From Tubiluchus corallicola (taxonomy: Eukaryota; Animalia; Priapulida), in the NCBI GenBank assembly GCA_030141605.1, contig JAQGDQ010000007.1, positions 669,173 through 733,172 of the forward strand: a stretch of DNA of 64,000 bases, given 5' to 3'. Numbering within the stretch: position 1 is the stretch's first letter; each line of letters begins with the position of its first letter. Shown piece after piece: positions 36,430 through 49,663 of this stretch. Under the pieces are notes generated by a model. That model did not search any database, was not told where the DNA came from, and saw nothing but the letters and a program-made list of their open reading frames with translations. Both the position numbers and the translations under genes were made by a program.

Positions 36430-37371
36430 TTCACTGTTTTTAAGGTGCAGTTTACTCAAATATGGTAGTCAGAGGAGTGCTGTACAAGTCTTGCTGCCTG
36501 CATGAGCTGTAACTTTGTACAAATATTTATAAATGCCGAAGAACTAGCTGCATCAGACAACACGTTAATAATTCGTTGTGACCTTTCTTTCCCAAATCAC
36601 CGGTCACTAATTCTGGATCATCTCGATTCATTATTTGCCACAGATTTAACTACTTACCGTGTCTGATTTTGCTAAACAGGAAACAAGTCCACGCAAAGCA
36701 CTTACTAGTCATCCAGTATGACAGTGCTATGAATTGGCAGTATTTTTCCTCATGTGGTTTAGGAACTATGCGTGCCTCTAGCGAGTAGAAAACTCCCTTG
36801 TATTTAATTAATGATACTGTTTGCAGACACGTAAGAATTGTAAATACAAACTAGAAGCTGTATGTGTGCGACTGAATCACAACCGGCAGTGGTACAGGGT
36901 ATTTCAAAACCTGATCTTCAACCGTCCACCTATTACCTACAGTCAACAATTTTTGTTCAGCAACTCTTTGCAGTTTATTTCAACTTATTATCATTATCAT
37001 TCTGTACTAGTGTAACCTAAATCACTAATTAATCGGCTAGCTTAACCATTACATTCGTTTAACTAAATTTATTTATTTACATTATAAAATAACTTGTATG
37101 AGGTGTGTTTGTACAGTTCACTATTGAGCTGGTTGGTATCAAGCACTCAGTCTCAGGACCAACTTAATGCAGATGCTTGTGACAAAACCGAAGTCCTATC
37201 TAGTATTAAATATAATCATTATCAAGATCAAGGTGTTTTAGCCACGTTTGGATGTTAACTTTTTATTTGAGGTATTTTATCACATTTTATCATGTCTGGA
37301 TGTGTGTACCTTCTTCTCAAAGAGGTAAATAACTGATGTGGCATTACATATGATACTGTACAGAAGCAACC

Positions 37372-37457
37372 TTCCTGGTGGTCTTCATCCATTTACTGAT
37401 CAGATTGGACATTGCTTAACCCAGTGGTTAAACATCCACTGTAACCACTCAGCTATA
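37372..37457 (-). mobile_element. tRNA A-box + 5S-like chimeric SINE head, copy 2
   Basis: Minus strand tagctgagtggttacag ... ttaagcaatgtccaatctgatcagtaaatggatgaagaccaccaggaa resembles 5S gttaagca...ttagtacttggatgggagaccgcctgggaa. Confidence 0.55.
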
Positions 37458-38207
37458 TCTCTCATTTTACATTGATTGTGTAAATACTGTTTATAGTATA
37501 TTTAGTAATTTCAGTATTAAAATCGTCCAAGATTTAAATGTTACTATCACTAAGTGCTATTATTAATAGCTGGTTGGTGATTCACAGGCAAAGTGTAACC
37601 TACTACAAGTTTATTATTTGCAACATTGGTTACTCTAGCTATGTGGTTTGTTACGAACATATAATTATCATGCATAGTACCACTGTCAACATATCATCTC
37701 ACCCTAGGGCAGTTTAATTATTACCTAGTTCGCATGCAGCTAGTATAAAATGTAAAATGCATTTTGAATTTCCGATACAGATGTTTTATATGCCAAAGAG
37801 CATGACTAACGGGTGTAGCATACCTGTTAGGGTGTGCCGATGATCAGGTTAGCAAATCCTTATAGACAATTCAAATTGCATTTAAGGGATGGGGGGGGGT
37901 TACAGGGGTAAATTATCGTGTTAACTAGGTCACATATTGGGGGAGGGGGCTACACTAATATGCTCCTAGGAGAAATTGGCTTGCTTGAGGTTGTGCTAAT
38001 ACATTACAGTGTCGCTCGGTGGAGTGCAAAGTGAGGATCTTTTCTAACAGCTATCAGGCCAAATGGTTAGTAACTTCATTGTTGACTGATAGGGTGAGAG
38101 AATGCATTCTGAGTATGAAACACTTTTGGAAACTTGTGAGTTTGGGCATTAATACCACTTGATGGAATAATAGTCGTATCATAAAGACCATATTAAGACT
38201 TTATACA

Positions 38208-38290
38208 GCGAGAGGAGGAGGATAGAAAGAGGGGAGAAAAGGAGAGGGAGATGGGGAGAGAGAGAGAGAAGTGGAGGAGTGAGAGAATAG
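38208..38290. repeat. Purine-rich (GA) tract
   Basis: Directly visible. Confidence 0.85.
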
Positions 38291-39591
38291 GATGTGAACA
38301 GCAGAGTGTTTTTATAATCTGTTGCACTGTCTGCCAGATTAACTCAAATGAAGTTGAACCTATTTTGTGCGTCGCATTGAATAGCTTAGACTAGCTTTAG
38401 ATTAAATTAATCAATCGATAAATCTTTTATGGTCTCTGACGCAATCAGATAATCAATTTTGCGGTATATAAGTGGATTTTGACGTGAAATGAAGAATTTC
38501 ACACAGAATTCCTCACCGCATATCTAATCGCACCTGGACATAATGAATTTTATTTCCTCAATAAAGTAAAACTACGCCTCAGTGTTGAGCATGGCACGTA
38601 GCCCTCAGGCGTTTCACAACAGATAATGCAGACAGTAAGCTGTCTGTACTAAATTCTCATTAGTAATAGCCTGTAGCTACGACACGCGGACAGCAAAGGC
38701 TAGAGTCACTAGACAACGCGAATTTTGCCAATGGAAAACCCCGCGAAAAAATAAATGAAGTGCATGCATCCGTCAGCTTCTAACCGTGTCAAGAATGCAC
38801 GGCTATTTTTATTTGCTGTGGTGGGCAAATATAAGTACAGAAAGGCGTTTTTCAAAGGTCCAGGCACACCCTCCTTGTTTGCGTTATTTCTTAAATTTAA
38901 CGTAAATTGTCTATCAACTTTATGTGCCGCATTTTTTAAAGCAGTTCTTTACGGTTATGAAAATTGTTACATGTACTGCAAAAAAATTAACTTTGTGCTT
39001 CTGCTGTCACGTTCTGTTGTGTTCCATGTTCTAATCTGTGCCTTGTTTGTGATTGTTTTGTATTATATCTTGTGTTCTATTACTAATTAATTATTGGTTG
39101 ATTGTCAATGTTTGATTGACTGTTTGACTGACTCATTGTTTGACGAATCCATTTATTGGTTGTTTGACTGACTGATTGACTAATTGATTAATGTATAAGT
39201 GTATTTAATAATATATTCAATAATTTTTGTGTGAGACTTACACAGAGAAATGTTTTTTTAGTTTCGTTGTGTTGTGTTGTATTGCACTGGTGCAGTGGTA
39301 TAGCGTGCTGTGTCGTTATCTGTTCATTGTGTTGTGTTACATTCGCATTAGCGATTATATAAAGTAGATGATCTCGACTGCTTAAATTTTATTTCCTGTA
39401 AATTTCACTTTGGAGTGAAGTAACGTGTACTTGCTTACCCTTCTTCAAAAACATGGGTCTATGTCTACATTCGTGTACTACAGAGTGAATACAAGCATTT
39501 TTCTTGTAAATTCTTATCTATTCCGATCATCATCATTTAAAATAGTGAAAGCGAAGCGCCTAGATGCTCATTCACCATCACATCAGCACAA

Positions 39592-39599
39592 TGACGTCA
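39592..39599. promoter_or_regulatory. Perfect CRE palindrome TGACGTCA upstream of the SIAH first coding exon
   Basis: Exact match in a CpG-rich stretch ~190 bp upstream of the candidate ATG; function is inferred. Confidence 0.45.
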
Positions 39600-39782
39600 C
39601 GCGCAGCATCAGCAGCAGCGTCTAGTGGTGTTTAGGTCAGTGGGTTAGTGGCGTGAATTCAGTGAAAGTGGTTTTTCCTCCCTACTGTACGTGTCACTAC
39701 TCAGTGTGTGCGAAAGTGAAATCCCGGGACACATGGCGTCTGCAGGTGGTTGATCGGCAGGGGGAGGGATGCATGTACCCCC

Positions 39783-42700
39783 ATGTGGCTGTTCAATCTG
39801 TACGTGCTATGTAAGCTGAATCTTGAGTTTCGGAACGTGCCGCGTGGTGGCCTTGCTGAGATGCTGGCCGCGTGTCTAAGTCTCCTGCAGACTATGGCAC
39901 CTGATGACAACTGGATCAGTCATAAAGAGGACGACGAGACCACCACTACCATCGATGTGAAAGGTGTGTCCGTTTTAAAACTGTGATAGTTACTCTCCCT
40001 TGTAAAATTCCAGGGTTGACTGTCCCTATATATCTAGGTTATACACCTCCATGCTGCAGTATACATATATCTTCAAATGCCATATGTCACTGATATGTGG
40101 ATTGCCATCAAAGCCAAACAGTCACATGCTGACCATTCTCTTCCCCTTTTTACATGTCCATAAAAACTGCTCTGCGTAAAAAACGTACATTGAAGACATT
40201 TCTCGTCCATGTGACAATGTCACTATACTACTGTTTTTCACAGAGCAAGTCTACTACTAAAAAGGCCACTGCTAGTGTGCCTGTATATGTGTCTTTGATG
40301 CTCTAGTTTTTTTAAAAGTCGCATTAGTGCATCAAGTAATTATCAGGGTTTGTACTGGAAATTAAGATTAATAAAGAATTGCATTCGGTTAACTTAACGT
40401 TTCAATGAAGCTGTGATTATTTTTGGCTGTTGGCTGACTTGCCGGAGTCTGGTGATTCATAGATGTTAATAGCTACTGTAGTGATTTACCTAAGACGTAA
40501 AGGCTCTGAATGACTGAAAAAATTGACTTCACTGTTATGCCTTGTAACAATAACAGTCTGTAACAGTAAAATATGTGAAGAGTACTATCTGTAGTCGTTT
40601 CGGCAAGAATATTTTAATCCGTGTGTTGCGCGTAAAAGGCTTCCTCTACATTTGCAAGGAGATAAGAAATATTCCAGTGCTAAAGTGGATAGCTGCGCAC
40701 GGCAGTTCTAGAGTGGACTGCTGTACCTAGATAAGCCATTTGTGTACACATAAGTACGTTGGTATTGCTATGTTCTCCCATAGCAATTATGGCGCATATA
40801 ACTTAACTACTGGGGTGCATGCAGATATAACGCACCACAACACGCGCAAGTTAGCTACTACAATTCAGATTCAGATTTGTTTTATTTTCATTTTAAATAT
40901 TACATTTGTAGTTTTTACTGAATTAAGAACTACTGCTCGAAGGAAGAGTGGCGAAAAACTAAATGGCTATTAAATCAGCCGCGTTTACTATTTGGGTTAG
41001 CAATTGAATTATTATATAATTGTTTAGTGAACTTAAAAAAATATTGGTTACGTTGCAATGCTGTTGGATTAATACTTGCCGTGTACATAAGCTACTGCAG
41101 TTTTCATAGATAAGTCAGTATTGCACTCATAACAGAGCCATAACTATGCTATTATGCCTTGCATAAGTGTGCTACTGAAATGTACGCAGACAAGTGCTAT
41201 AGCTCACAAAAATGCAAACTACTGCATGTTTTTGTATACACAACTACAGTTGAGGTACTTCACTGTACACCTATAAAGTACACATGTAAGCAGTTTAGCA
41301 TGCATTATTGCTACAGTGTGTTGCACGTACCTATTTTTCTGTGACACTTTCGCAATGCACACTGAAGCCATTGCACTGTGCACTCAGAGTGGCTTAAGTG
41401 CTCCAGTGGACACAACTTAAGTACTCCAAGTGGACACAAATAAGCCTTCACTGCACTGTTATAATCACAGAATTAAGTCACTGTAGTAGAGATATATACT
41501 TGACCTACAGTAGTGTACATATACAAGATATTACATTACTTGTACAACACAAGTGCATTTAATTGCTCGGTACCTACATCAGTATTGCTTCATACCTCAT
41601 TGTAGTGTGGCTAGACTGGTACTTGACATGTATAGTCATCAATGGTCATTTGTAGCGCACATTGTAATTAATGCTTCTGTAATATGTGTTCCACCTTTGA
41701 GCCATTTCTCGCACTGCGATGTTTTGTTACATGTCCATAATAATCTTCTGTGTTTTTTTCTGTGAAGTGCATTTTAGTAATATCTCTTTTCATTTGAATG
41801 CTTTTGACCCGTTTGGTTTTTGAGCTGCAAATAAAAAAATTGTAGATTCGTCTATGATCTGCCCATAACTGTTGAACTTATTTTTTGTGTCTGTTATGAT
41901 ATCGTTGGATGGATAATTGGATACCAGCTATTCAACTACTGTAATTTGCTTCTGCTACTGACTGTAACTAAAAATGGATTGGTCGTGTCCAAGTCAGTGC
42001 ATTATCATTGCTATTGTAATTGACAATCACAATCCCCATTAAAAACCGCCTCCATCTATCTTAGGTAGTATAGAGCTGATGTAGGGCCACTTTCTAAATG
42101 CATAGGGTGTTCTCTTAGCTGATACTCTGTGTGCCTGATTAGAACTTTGTTGCATTTTGTTGTAGTTAGAAAAATAAGCTTGTATATAATTTATAGTGTT
42201 TATGACAAAGCTGTGACTCTTAATTATTCGACACTAATAGTTCTCTTCCCTCATAAAAAGAAAGTTTTTATTGGAACTTGATCAGAATTTCCAATCTAAC
42301 AGTGAAACGGTGACTGCTTAATGTCTTCTGGTAATGAATTCCTTTGTACTCATTGTCTTTCAGTAGACTGTCATTTTTTTGCTCATTGTCTTCCAGTAGG
42401 CTCTTGTAAAACTCCATTTCTTTTACCTCAGACTAGTGTTCTTTTGCAGTCCTATCTAGAAAAATTGGTCATTTAAGCATTCTGTTTGGAAACCTTAGTT
42501 GACAAGCTCGATTGTTAAATGACACAAATTCATTAATCACATCAGATAAGCTTTATGTAACTAGTGAGATTCTGGTGAACACTGAACAGGTCATCATTTT
42601 CTACCAGTTAGAAGTCTCTAAATGCTCTATGCACTAGCGAGTTTTCAGCTTAATGCATTTAAGGGGATTAGCCAGGATTAAACTCCTAATTCTGCACACC

Positions 42701-45700
42701 ACAAAACGGAGAAAGGGAATTAATAAATATGCTTGGAATTTAGGATATAATAGACAAAAGTGGCTGTATATGAAGAAAATCTAGGGCTAGCTTACTCTGA
42801 TAGATATTTTTATTAAAATGCATTGTGCTTTCTTAGATGTTTCCAGTTTTACCTTCAGTAGCTATCCGTGCCAAATAATGCAGGACTTCCGGGTGCTGGA
42901 TGTTTTGAACAATTTCTTTACAGACACTTATTTTAAGCTTTTTGGCTGTGTTTTTTGACTATTTTATATTTTTTGACTGTCCTTTTTAACTATTTTATAC
43001 TTTTGACCTGCTCTAAAAAGCTGCAGATTTAACCACTAGTTTAGTTTTCTCTGATACTGTGTGCTTACTGTAAGTATAACCACATGTCTGACATCATTAT
43101 TCTAATATCCTAGGCCCAGCTAGTAGTCAAGTCATTGGTAAGATCTTCCAGATGTTTTTTTAGTTCCTTGGGAACTGGCACTTTCCACTTCTGTTGCTCA
43201 TTGCCTCGAGTACTGTAAAAGGCCAGAGGAAAACTGTGCTTGATTGGCCAGAGATGTTTTCGGTATTTGATGTACATGCGGAGAAATCCATCTGTCAATA
43301 CAGATTAGTGTTTAAAGCAGATATTTGCCTCCAGACAATCTTTTTAACGGTGTTCACATCTTGCTACAAGAACCGAGACTGGAGTTTGTAAATTTGTTAT
43401 TTGTCCTTTTTCTGATTTTTCAAAAACAAGCACTTGGCACAACAAAAGGCTTTCTAAAACATTGTGATTATGTGACATCACATTATTTTTGAATATTACT
43501 TATTAATAATAACACTTTATTAAACATTTTTAACCGATTTTATACGATGGTGTAATGCATTTTACAAAAGATTTTAAAAAAGACCATCAAAATTACTAAA
43601 AAGTGAATTCGTAAGATATCTAGGACCATGGCACATTAATTGATTAAAACTAAATGGACTTGATAAAAAAGGAAAATCATAAAAACACAAAAAATTTAGT
43701 AAAATAATAAAAGCAATGCAGAAGACATACACAAATACAAAAGTTGCTAGATTATTTTAATTACAAAAAAGCTTCATTAAAGCAGTGAGTTTTCATCATT
43801 TTAAACTGTCAAGTGAATAGCAATTTTTTGATTCCTCGATAAAAATTAATATTTATGCTCAATTTTATGCATAGCCAGAACTTGGTGTTTCAGTCTGTTA
43901 TAGTTGCCATTTATATTTTTCAGCCCCGTTGACCAGCACAGCCGATTTAGCAAGCTTGTTCGAGTGTCCAGTGTGTTTCGACTATGTTTTACCACCAATC
44001 ATACAATGCCAAAGTGGACATTTGGTGTGTTCCAGCTGCAGGCCAAAATTATCTTGCTGTCCAACATGTCGTGGACCACTGGGTAAGTGCTGACATCCAA
44101 TGTGTAAACCAAACAACAAACTGGACCCCTGATTAGTGATCACAAATAATTTTAGTGTGAGCAGCTACAGCTTATATAGGTAACTGGTGGCATCTGGTAG
44201 ACAACAAAAATACTAGTATTTATCAGAAGAATTTTGACTAGAAATCCTCATTAATTAATGAAACTAGTCTGATATAACTAATTTGTGTCTAACTTTCATA
44301 CACGTTTGGTGAGGACATCTTATTCAAGGCTTAAGATTTTTTCTCTGGGTTTTCTAGGTAATATACGCAATTTGGCAATGGAGAAAGTGGCGAGTACGGT
44401 CATGTTTCCATGTAAATATAGTTCATCAGGCTGCACAGTGTCACTTTTACACACAGAAAAAACAGATCATGAAGAAGTTTGTGAATACAGGTAGGTGTAT
44501 GCGGCCAAAAGCACCACGTTCTGGGTTCAAATCATGTTTGGCCACAATTTCTTAGGATCTCCTTCAATTAATGTAATTGTAAGTGTATTGTGTGATGCCT
44601 CCTAATGTGTAGTGTGTATGTGTGCTTTACAATCGTCACTACTGCCTTGAGCCATGTTGGTCAGTCTTAATTGTTGTTTCTTGTTTTATGTAAAACAATG
44701 GACTGTACAGAAATTAGAATTATGGCAAAATTGCATGAATAAGATAAGTTTGCAAGTGAAGAGTTTCGTCAGCCAAGGGCATTAAAAAGAAAACAAAATG
44801 ACCTGCAACTTTCAAATGATCTATTCATTCCACAATTGAAAAAGAAGCCTGTTTTACTGTATTTTCAAGAGTTTATATCGGTAGGAGCACTTCAAATAGA
44901 AATACACATACTGTATTATCTATGTACACACACACGCACACACACACACACATATATATCATCTTTGTTGCTGCCTTAAACTATTAAATAATGAATCTCT
45001 TATGTAAATAGTTTCAAAGTATGTTCTTTAAAATCAGTTACTTATTAAATGATTACATGATTTTTTTAGGCCATATATGTGTCCGTGTCCAGGTGCATCA
45101 TGTAAATGGCAAGGGTCACTAGATGAGGTGATGCCACATTTAATGACAGCACACAAATCCATTACTACTTTGCAAGGTATGAATACTGAAGAAACATTCT
45201 TCATAAACAATGTGCCATAAAACCTTTTCATATTTAATGTAAATAATTCTGTCTGTACTAGAATTGTGCCTACTGGTATTGAACAATATTTTTGACAGAT
45301 TTTTCCAGTAATCGTTACTTTTAACACCTTCCTTATCAGCTGTGAAGACTAGTTTTTAACACCATGGGATACAGGAACAGTTTTACTTGATAACACAAAC
45401 TTGGGGCATCTAGGGGAGAAGATGCAACATCTTTTTCTAGTAATAGGGATCATCAGTCCTGAATTATAGCCTTTTGGGGTCCCTAGGCTAGTTGAAATAT
45501 GGAGCTACCTATTTGCTCACACTTGTCTTGGATATTTTTTTACTTGTAATGCATTTCAGCAAGTTTCAAAATAAAGGCCTCAAACAAGGGCTGTTTTTCT
45601 CAAATAAAAGGATCTTTTGTCTCAAATATGGAGCCACTTTAAAATTGGATTTTCAGACTTCCTGGCCTCTTTTTTTTAAAGCTGCACTTTTATTTTAAGT

Positions 45701-48145
45701 TATATTAATTATTTATCAGTGCAAAGTACGGGACTCTCAAGCTTGACGGGCCCTAGGCTGCAACCCATAGCTAGCCTTGGGGATCATTTGTAATACCAGT
45801 CCTCATTTAAGAAGTTTAAGTGTTTTGGGGAAATTTGTACTTTAATGATTTAAGTTTTGCACCTTCAGGTTGCCAGCATTTTCTAGCTGGAATTCTACTG
45901 TGGAATTATGATGATACACTGTAACGTTGATTCCACAGACATTGGTCTTGATCATTTCTCTCTCCAGACCAGAACACAGATAACCTTGCACTATCCAGAC
46001 TAATACTTACATTCATACAAAATTAACTGCAGGTTATGCTTTTGACATTTTTTTACTGCTAGGTTCATATATAATACAATACACCTATTTTTAGCATTAA
46101 TGTTCTGCCTCGATGAGCTTTACTAGCGATTATTTTTTTGGTTTTCGGGAGGAAGACTATATTTGTGTATTAGCTGCAAGTATTATGCTTATGCAACATG
46201 TGTTAACACCTGGACAATAGTCATTAGAAGCTGTGCTCAGCATTCCGTGTGCTAAAGAGAAGAGCAGAATAAATAAAACATGTAGGTAGAGATTTGCAGA
46301 AAAAGCAAAGTGGGTCAGGCTATTCTTCACAATGAATTACTTGGCAGGTGAAGAGAGGCAAAGGGTAGTATCAACACTGTAAGCTAACAAATGCTTAAGA
46401 AAGTCCGTAGACCATGACGCATGATCCAAAAGAAAATTTAAGCGGACACTTTCACTTATGGTACATTAGACACGATCACTACTTAAAGCTAAATACGTGC
46501 TTTGTTCGAAGCATGTCTTGTAAGATAATCTTTTTCTGTCTGATTTGTTAAGTATATTAATCACAGATGGCAGCACAGTTTAATAGTAGGCATATTACTA
46601 GTTTCAGTGTGCTAATGTTATGTGCTTGACTTTGCTGCCATCTAAGAATGAGCAACAACACTAATTATTGAGATAAATGGGGTGTTTAAGTTTAACCCAT
46701 CTTACAAAATGAACATGATTTTAGTGTGGTAACATCCTTTGGATTTTTAATTCTGTAACAAAGGCCAAGGGGCCTCTTATCACCTGCTGATTCCTATACT
46801 CGAGTCGATTAAATATAAAACTAAATTTAAACTATTACCAGTAATGACTCAACTCTTTGAAGAAGCATTAACATTTCAAGTTAAATTTAGCAATTTGATA
46901 ACAGAGCAGATTATAGATTGATGTCTGCACACCTTTTATGTTTTGTTTTCTGTACTTATTAATTCATTAACTGCTAGTAGTGCGTGTAATCGATTTCTAG
47001 TAATGGATTACTTTGATTACTTGCCTGCAAGCCTCTGGTATCAATTACTTTGCTAAGCAATTGAATATTAAGTGATTACTTTTGTTTTATAGGTTTATAT
47101 TAATCAAAACACAAAAATGCAAAATGCATTTGAAATAATTTTCAACATGGACAAATCTTGAGTGTAAACATTCTCATGTCAGGTGCCAGAAGCAATCTCA
47201 TCAATGGATTATTGACAAAAAGTAATCAGTAATCGCGACTTGAAATCAGCAACATCGCCAACCATGATTAATTGGCGAATGAATTTTACTTGATTGTGGT
47301 GCCACCTACTAGTAGAAAGTGGAAAACTGGATAATTTTTATTTTGGCTTATTTCAGGTGAGGATATTGTGTTTCTTGCCACCGATATCAACCTACCCGGA
47401 GCCGTTGACTGGGTCATGATGCAATCTTGTTTTGGTCAACACTTCATGCTGGTTCTTGAAAAGCAAGAAAAGTTTGACGGGCATCAACAATTCTTTGCAA
47501 TTGTACAGCTGATAGGCACAAGAAAACAAGCAGAAAATTTTATATACAGGTGATTTAGTTGCTGTCTAATCCATTGCTATTCAAATAATTATGATGGCCG
47601 CTGCACATTTTCCACCATCTGATAGGTTCAAGTAGTTCAGCATTTAAATGTAGGAATGTGCTGGCAGTTTTAGGAGAAAATGTTGCTTGTTGCAAAATAC
47701 GTTCTTTTTACATGGTGCAGGCAAATTTCGTCGTGTAAATTACATCGAAATGTCATTTGATCAGTCAATTTTTTTAGAAAAAGTCAGATTCATTCAGAAT
47801 ATGACAATTCAATATGTTCAAAATTTGGAGCATCCTTGGTAAGAATATTTGGCTAAAGTTTACAATTCCCAACTCATTCCGAAAATTTTAATATGCGTGT
47901 CTTCAACAAAAATCTGTAATTGTACTGAACTTGTAAACCTGATATAACCTTAATGTTTCAGACTGGAGTTAAATGGGCACCGTCGACGACTCACTTGGGA
48001 GGCCACACCTCGAAGTATACACGAAGGAGTCCAGTCGGCTATTATGAACAGTGACTGCTTGGTGTTTGACACTAGCATCGCTCACTTGTTTGCTGATAAC
48101 GGCAACTTGGGAATCAATGTTACAATATCAATGTGTGGCGCATAG
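39783..48145 (+). CDS. SIAH1: E3 ubiquitin-protein ligase SIAH / seven in absentia
   Basis: Exons: 39783-39963 (tentative, phase 1 fits), 43924-44082 ([31 protein letters not shown]), 44358-44490 ([11 protein letters not shown]), 45070-45176 ([14 protein letters not shown]), 47357-47549 ([26 protein letters not shown]), 47962-48145 ([13 protein letters not shown]...[14 protein letters not shown]). Confidence 0.95.
45454..45804 (-). mobile_element. hAT-type MITE, copy 2 (SIAH intron)
   Basis: Inverted copy of 27912-28303 (ccctaggct, ggagccactttaaaattg, ctcaagcttga). gggatcat occurs at both 45446-45453 and 45780-45787. Confidence 0.7.
46978..47310. mobile_element. Degraded MITE-like element with gtaatc/gattac subterminal repeats
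   Basis: Clusters of gtaatc, gattact and agtaatc in both orientations between tagt...acta ends. Confidence 0.4.
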
Positions 48146-49663
48146 CGACTTGTGCATAGTCTGCAAGATTTAACTTAGTTTGCCTCTGCTTAATTTCCCT
48201 GGGGTTTACCCATTTCCAAACACAATGAATAGAATGTATTTTTTTGTAAATAAACTACATGTGAATTAGATTTTTTACAACTGTTGTTCTTTGCATCCTT
48301 TTCAAAATGAACACATAAAAACAAAAAATCTGAAATATGCTGGAAATGCAGTAATAATGGACAAGACCAGAAATTTTTATTAACAGCACAAAACACTGAT
48401 TGCTTTTACTTTGTAATTGATTATTCATCTAATACTAAAATTTGTTTATTTGAACAATTAAATTACACTCACGTTAGGTCAACATTCTGAGTTTCAAAAT
48501 TTAAGGTTCATATAAATTTTAACCTTAAGTATCACTACACAGTGCATATTCAATTACAGTATAACACAATTATAGCGAACAAGGCACGCACATATTGAGT
48601 ATGCACAAGTAATGCAAATTTACAAAAAAGAAATAAACTTCCACCATTTATTTAGCATAATAGTTTTAAATACAGCGTATCCAGTTATTGCACAGCACGG
48701 ACTTTCTCTCGGGGGGCCCCATCGCCTGCATTACTATGTATTTATAAGTTTTTATTGCGTGCTTTACCTTTGCCAGCAGTTTACAAATTTACAGTTAAGT
48801 TTAACACTCATCATTCCCTGACACTGCAAAAGGTTGTTGGGCAGGCAGCATGCGGAGTTGTTAACGTGTCAAGTCAAAAGGTAATTTTGTCCTCTAGTTG
48901 TACAAAAAAAAAACAAGTCACTAACTTCTTAGCATCCAGTTGTATATTTTAGGTACGCTGACTGGCAGTCACTGCCAAGATATTTCATCAAGTGAAGATG
49001 AGAGTTTCGTATAATGTACAAACAGAAATTTTGTGCAAACAATTGACTGAGTTATCCCATTGACTTTACAGACCATATCACATAAATTTACAAATGTGTA
49101 CCGTACATGCAAATTTACTATGAAACATATATTAATTTTTAGTTTATTAGAGTCATATAAAATATTCTTCATTGAACTTGAATATACACTAAAGTACTTG
49201 ATACTTCCTTGCATTTCCTGAAAGTACTTCACTTACTCTAATGAAGCCACATATTATTAGCCGCGTAAGTTTATAGAGTACCTTGGGTATAGAATCCCTA
49301 GCAGGTTCGCTTTAATCATGTTATACTGTATTTTACTTCAAAGTTCTAAGGGGGTTCTGTTTTCAGTGAGAAAGTCAAAATTTTGGGGCAATTAAAAGTA
49401 ATTACTGCTCAATTATGGAACTTTGCAATTGATGCTTAAGTTACCAGGAGTTAGTTAGCCCACTCTAGTTTGGAATGTTACACATGTTTTAAAGGTTCTA
49501 CAGAAAAGAACTTGGCATGATGAAAAATATTTGGGTATCACTGTAACAGTGAAATAGGTAGTTATGTATTGTACATCACCCATATTGCACTCTGGTGAGC
49601 TTTTCACAGTTGTACTGGAATATGATGAAGAAAATGTCGGCTTCAAAGTTTTGATTGTGACTA

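Noticed and set aside
34080-38505. Identical 17-mer aatgaagaatttcacac at ~34081 and ~38488
   Set aside because: The flanks do not align, and an AT-rich match this short cannot be interpreted without a genome-wide search.
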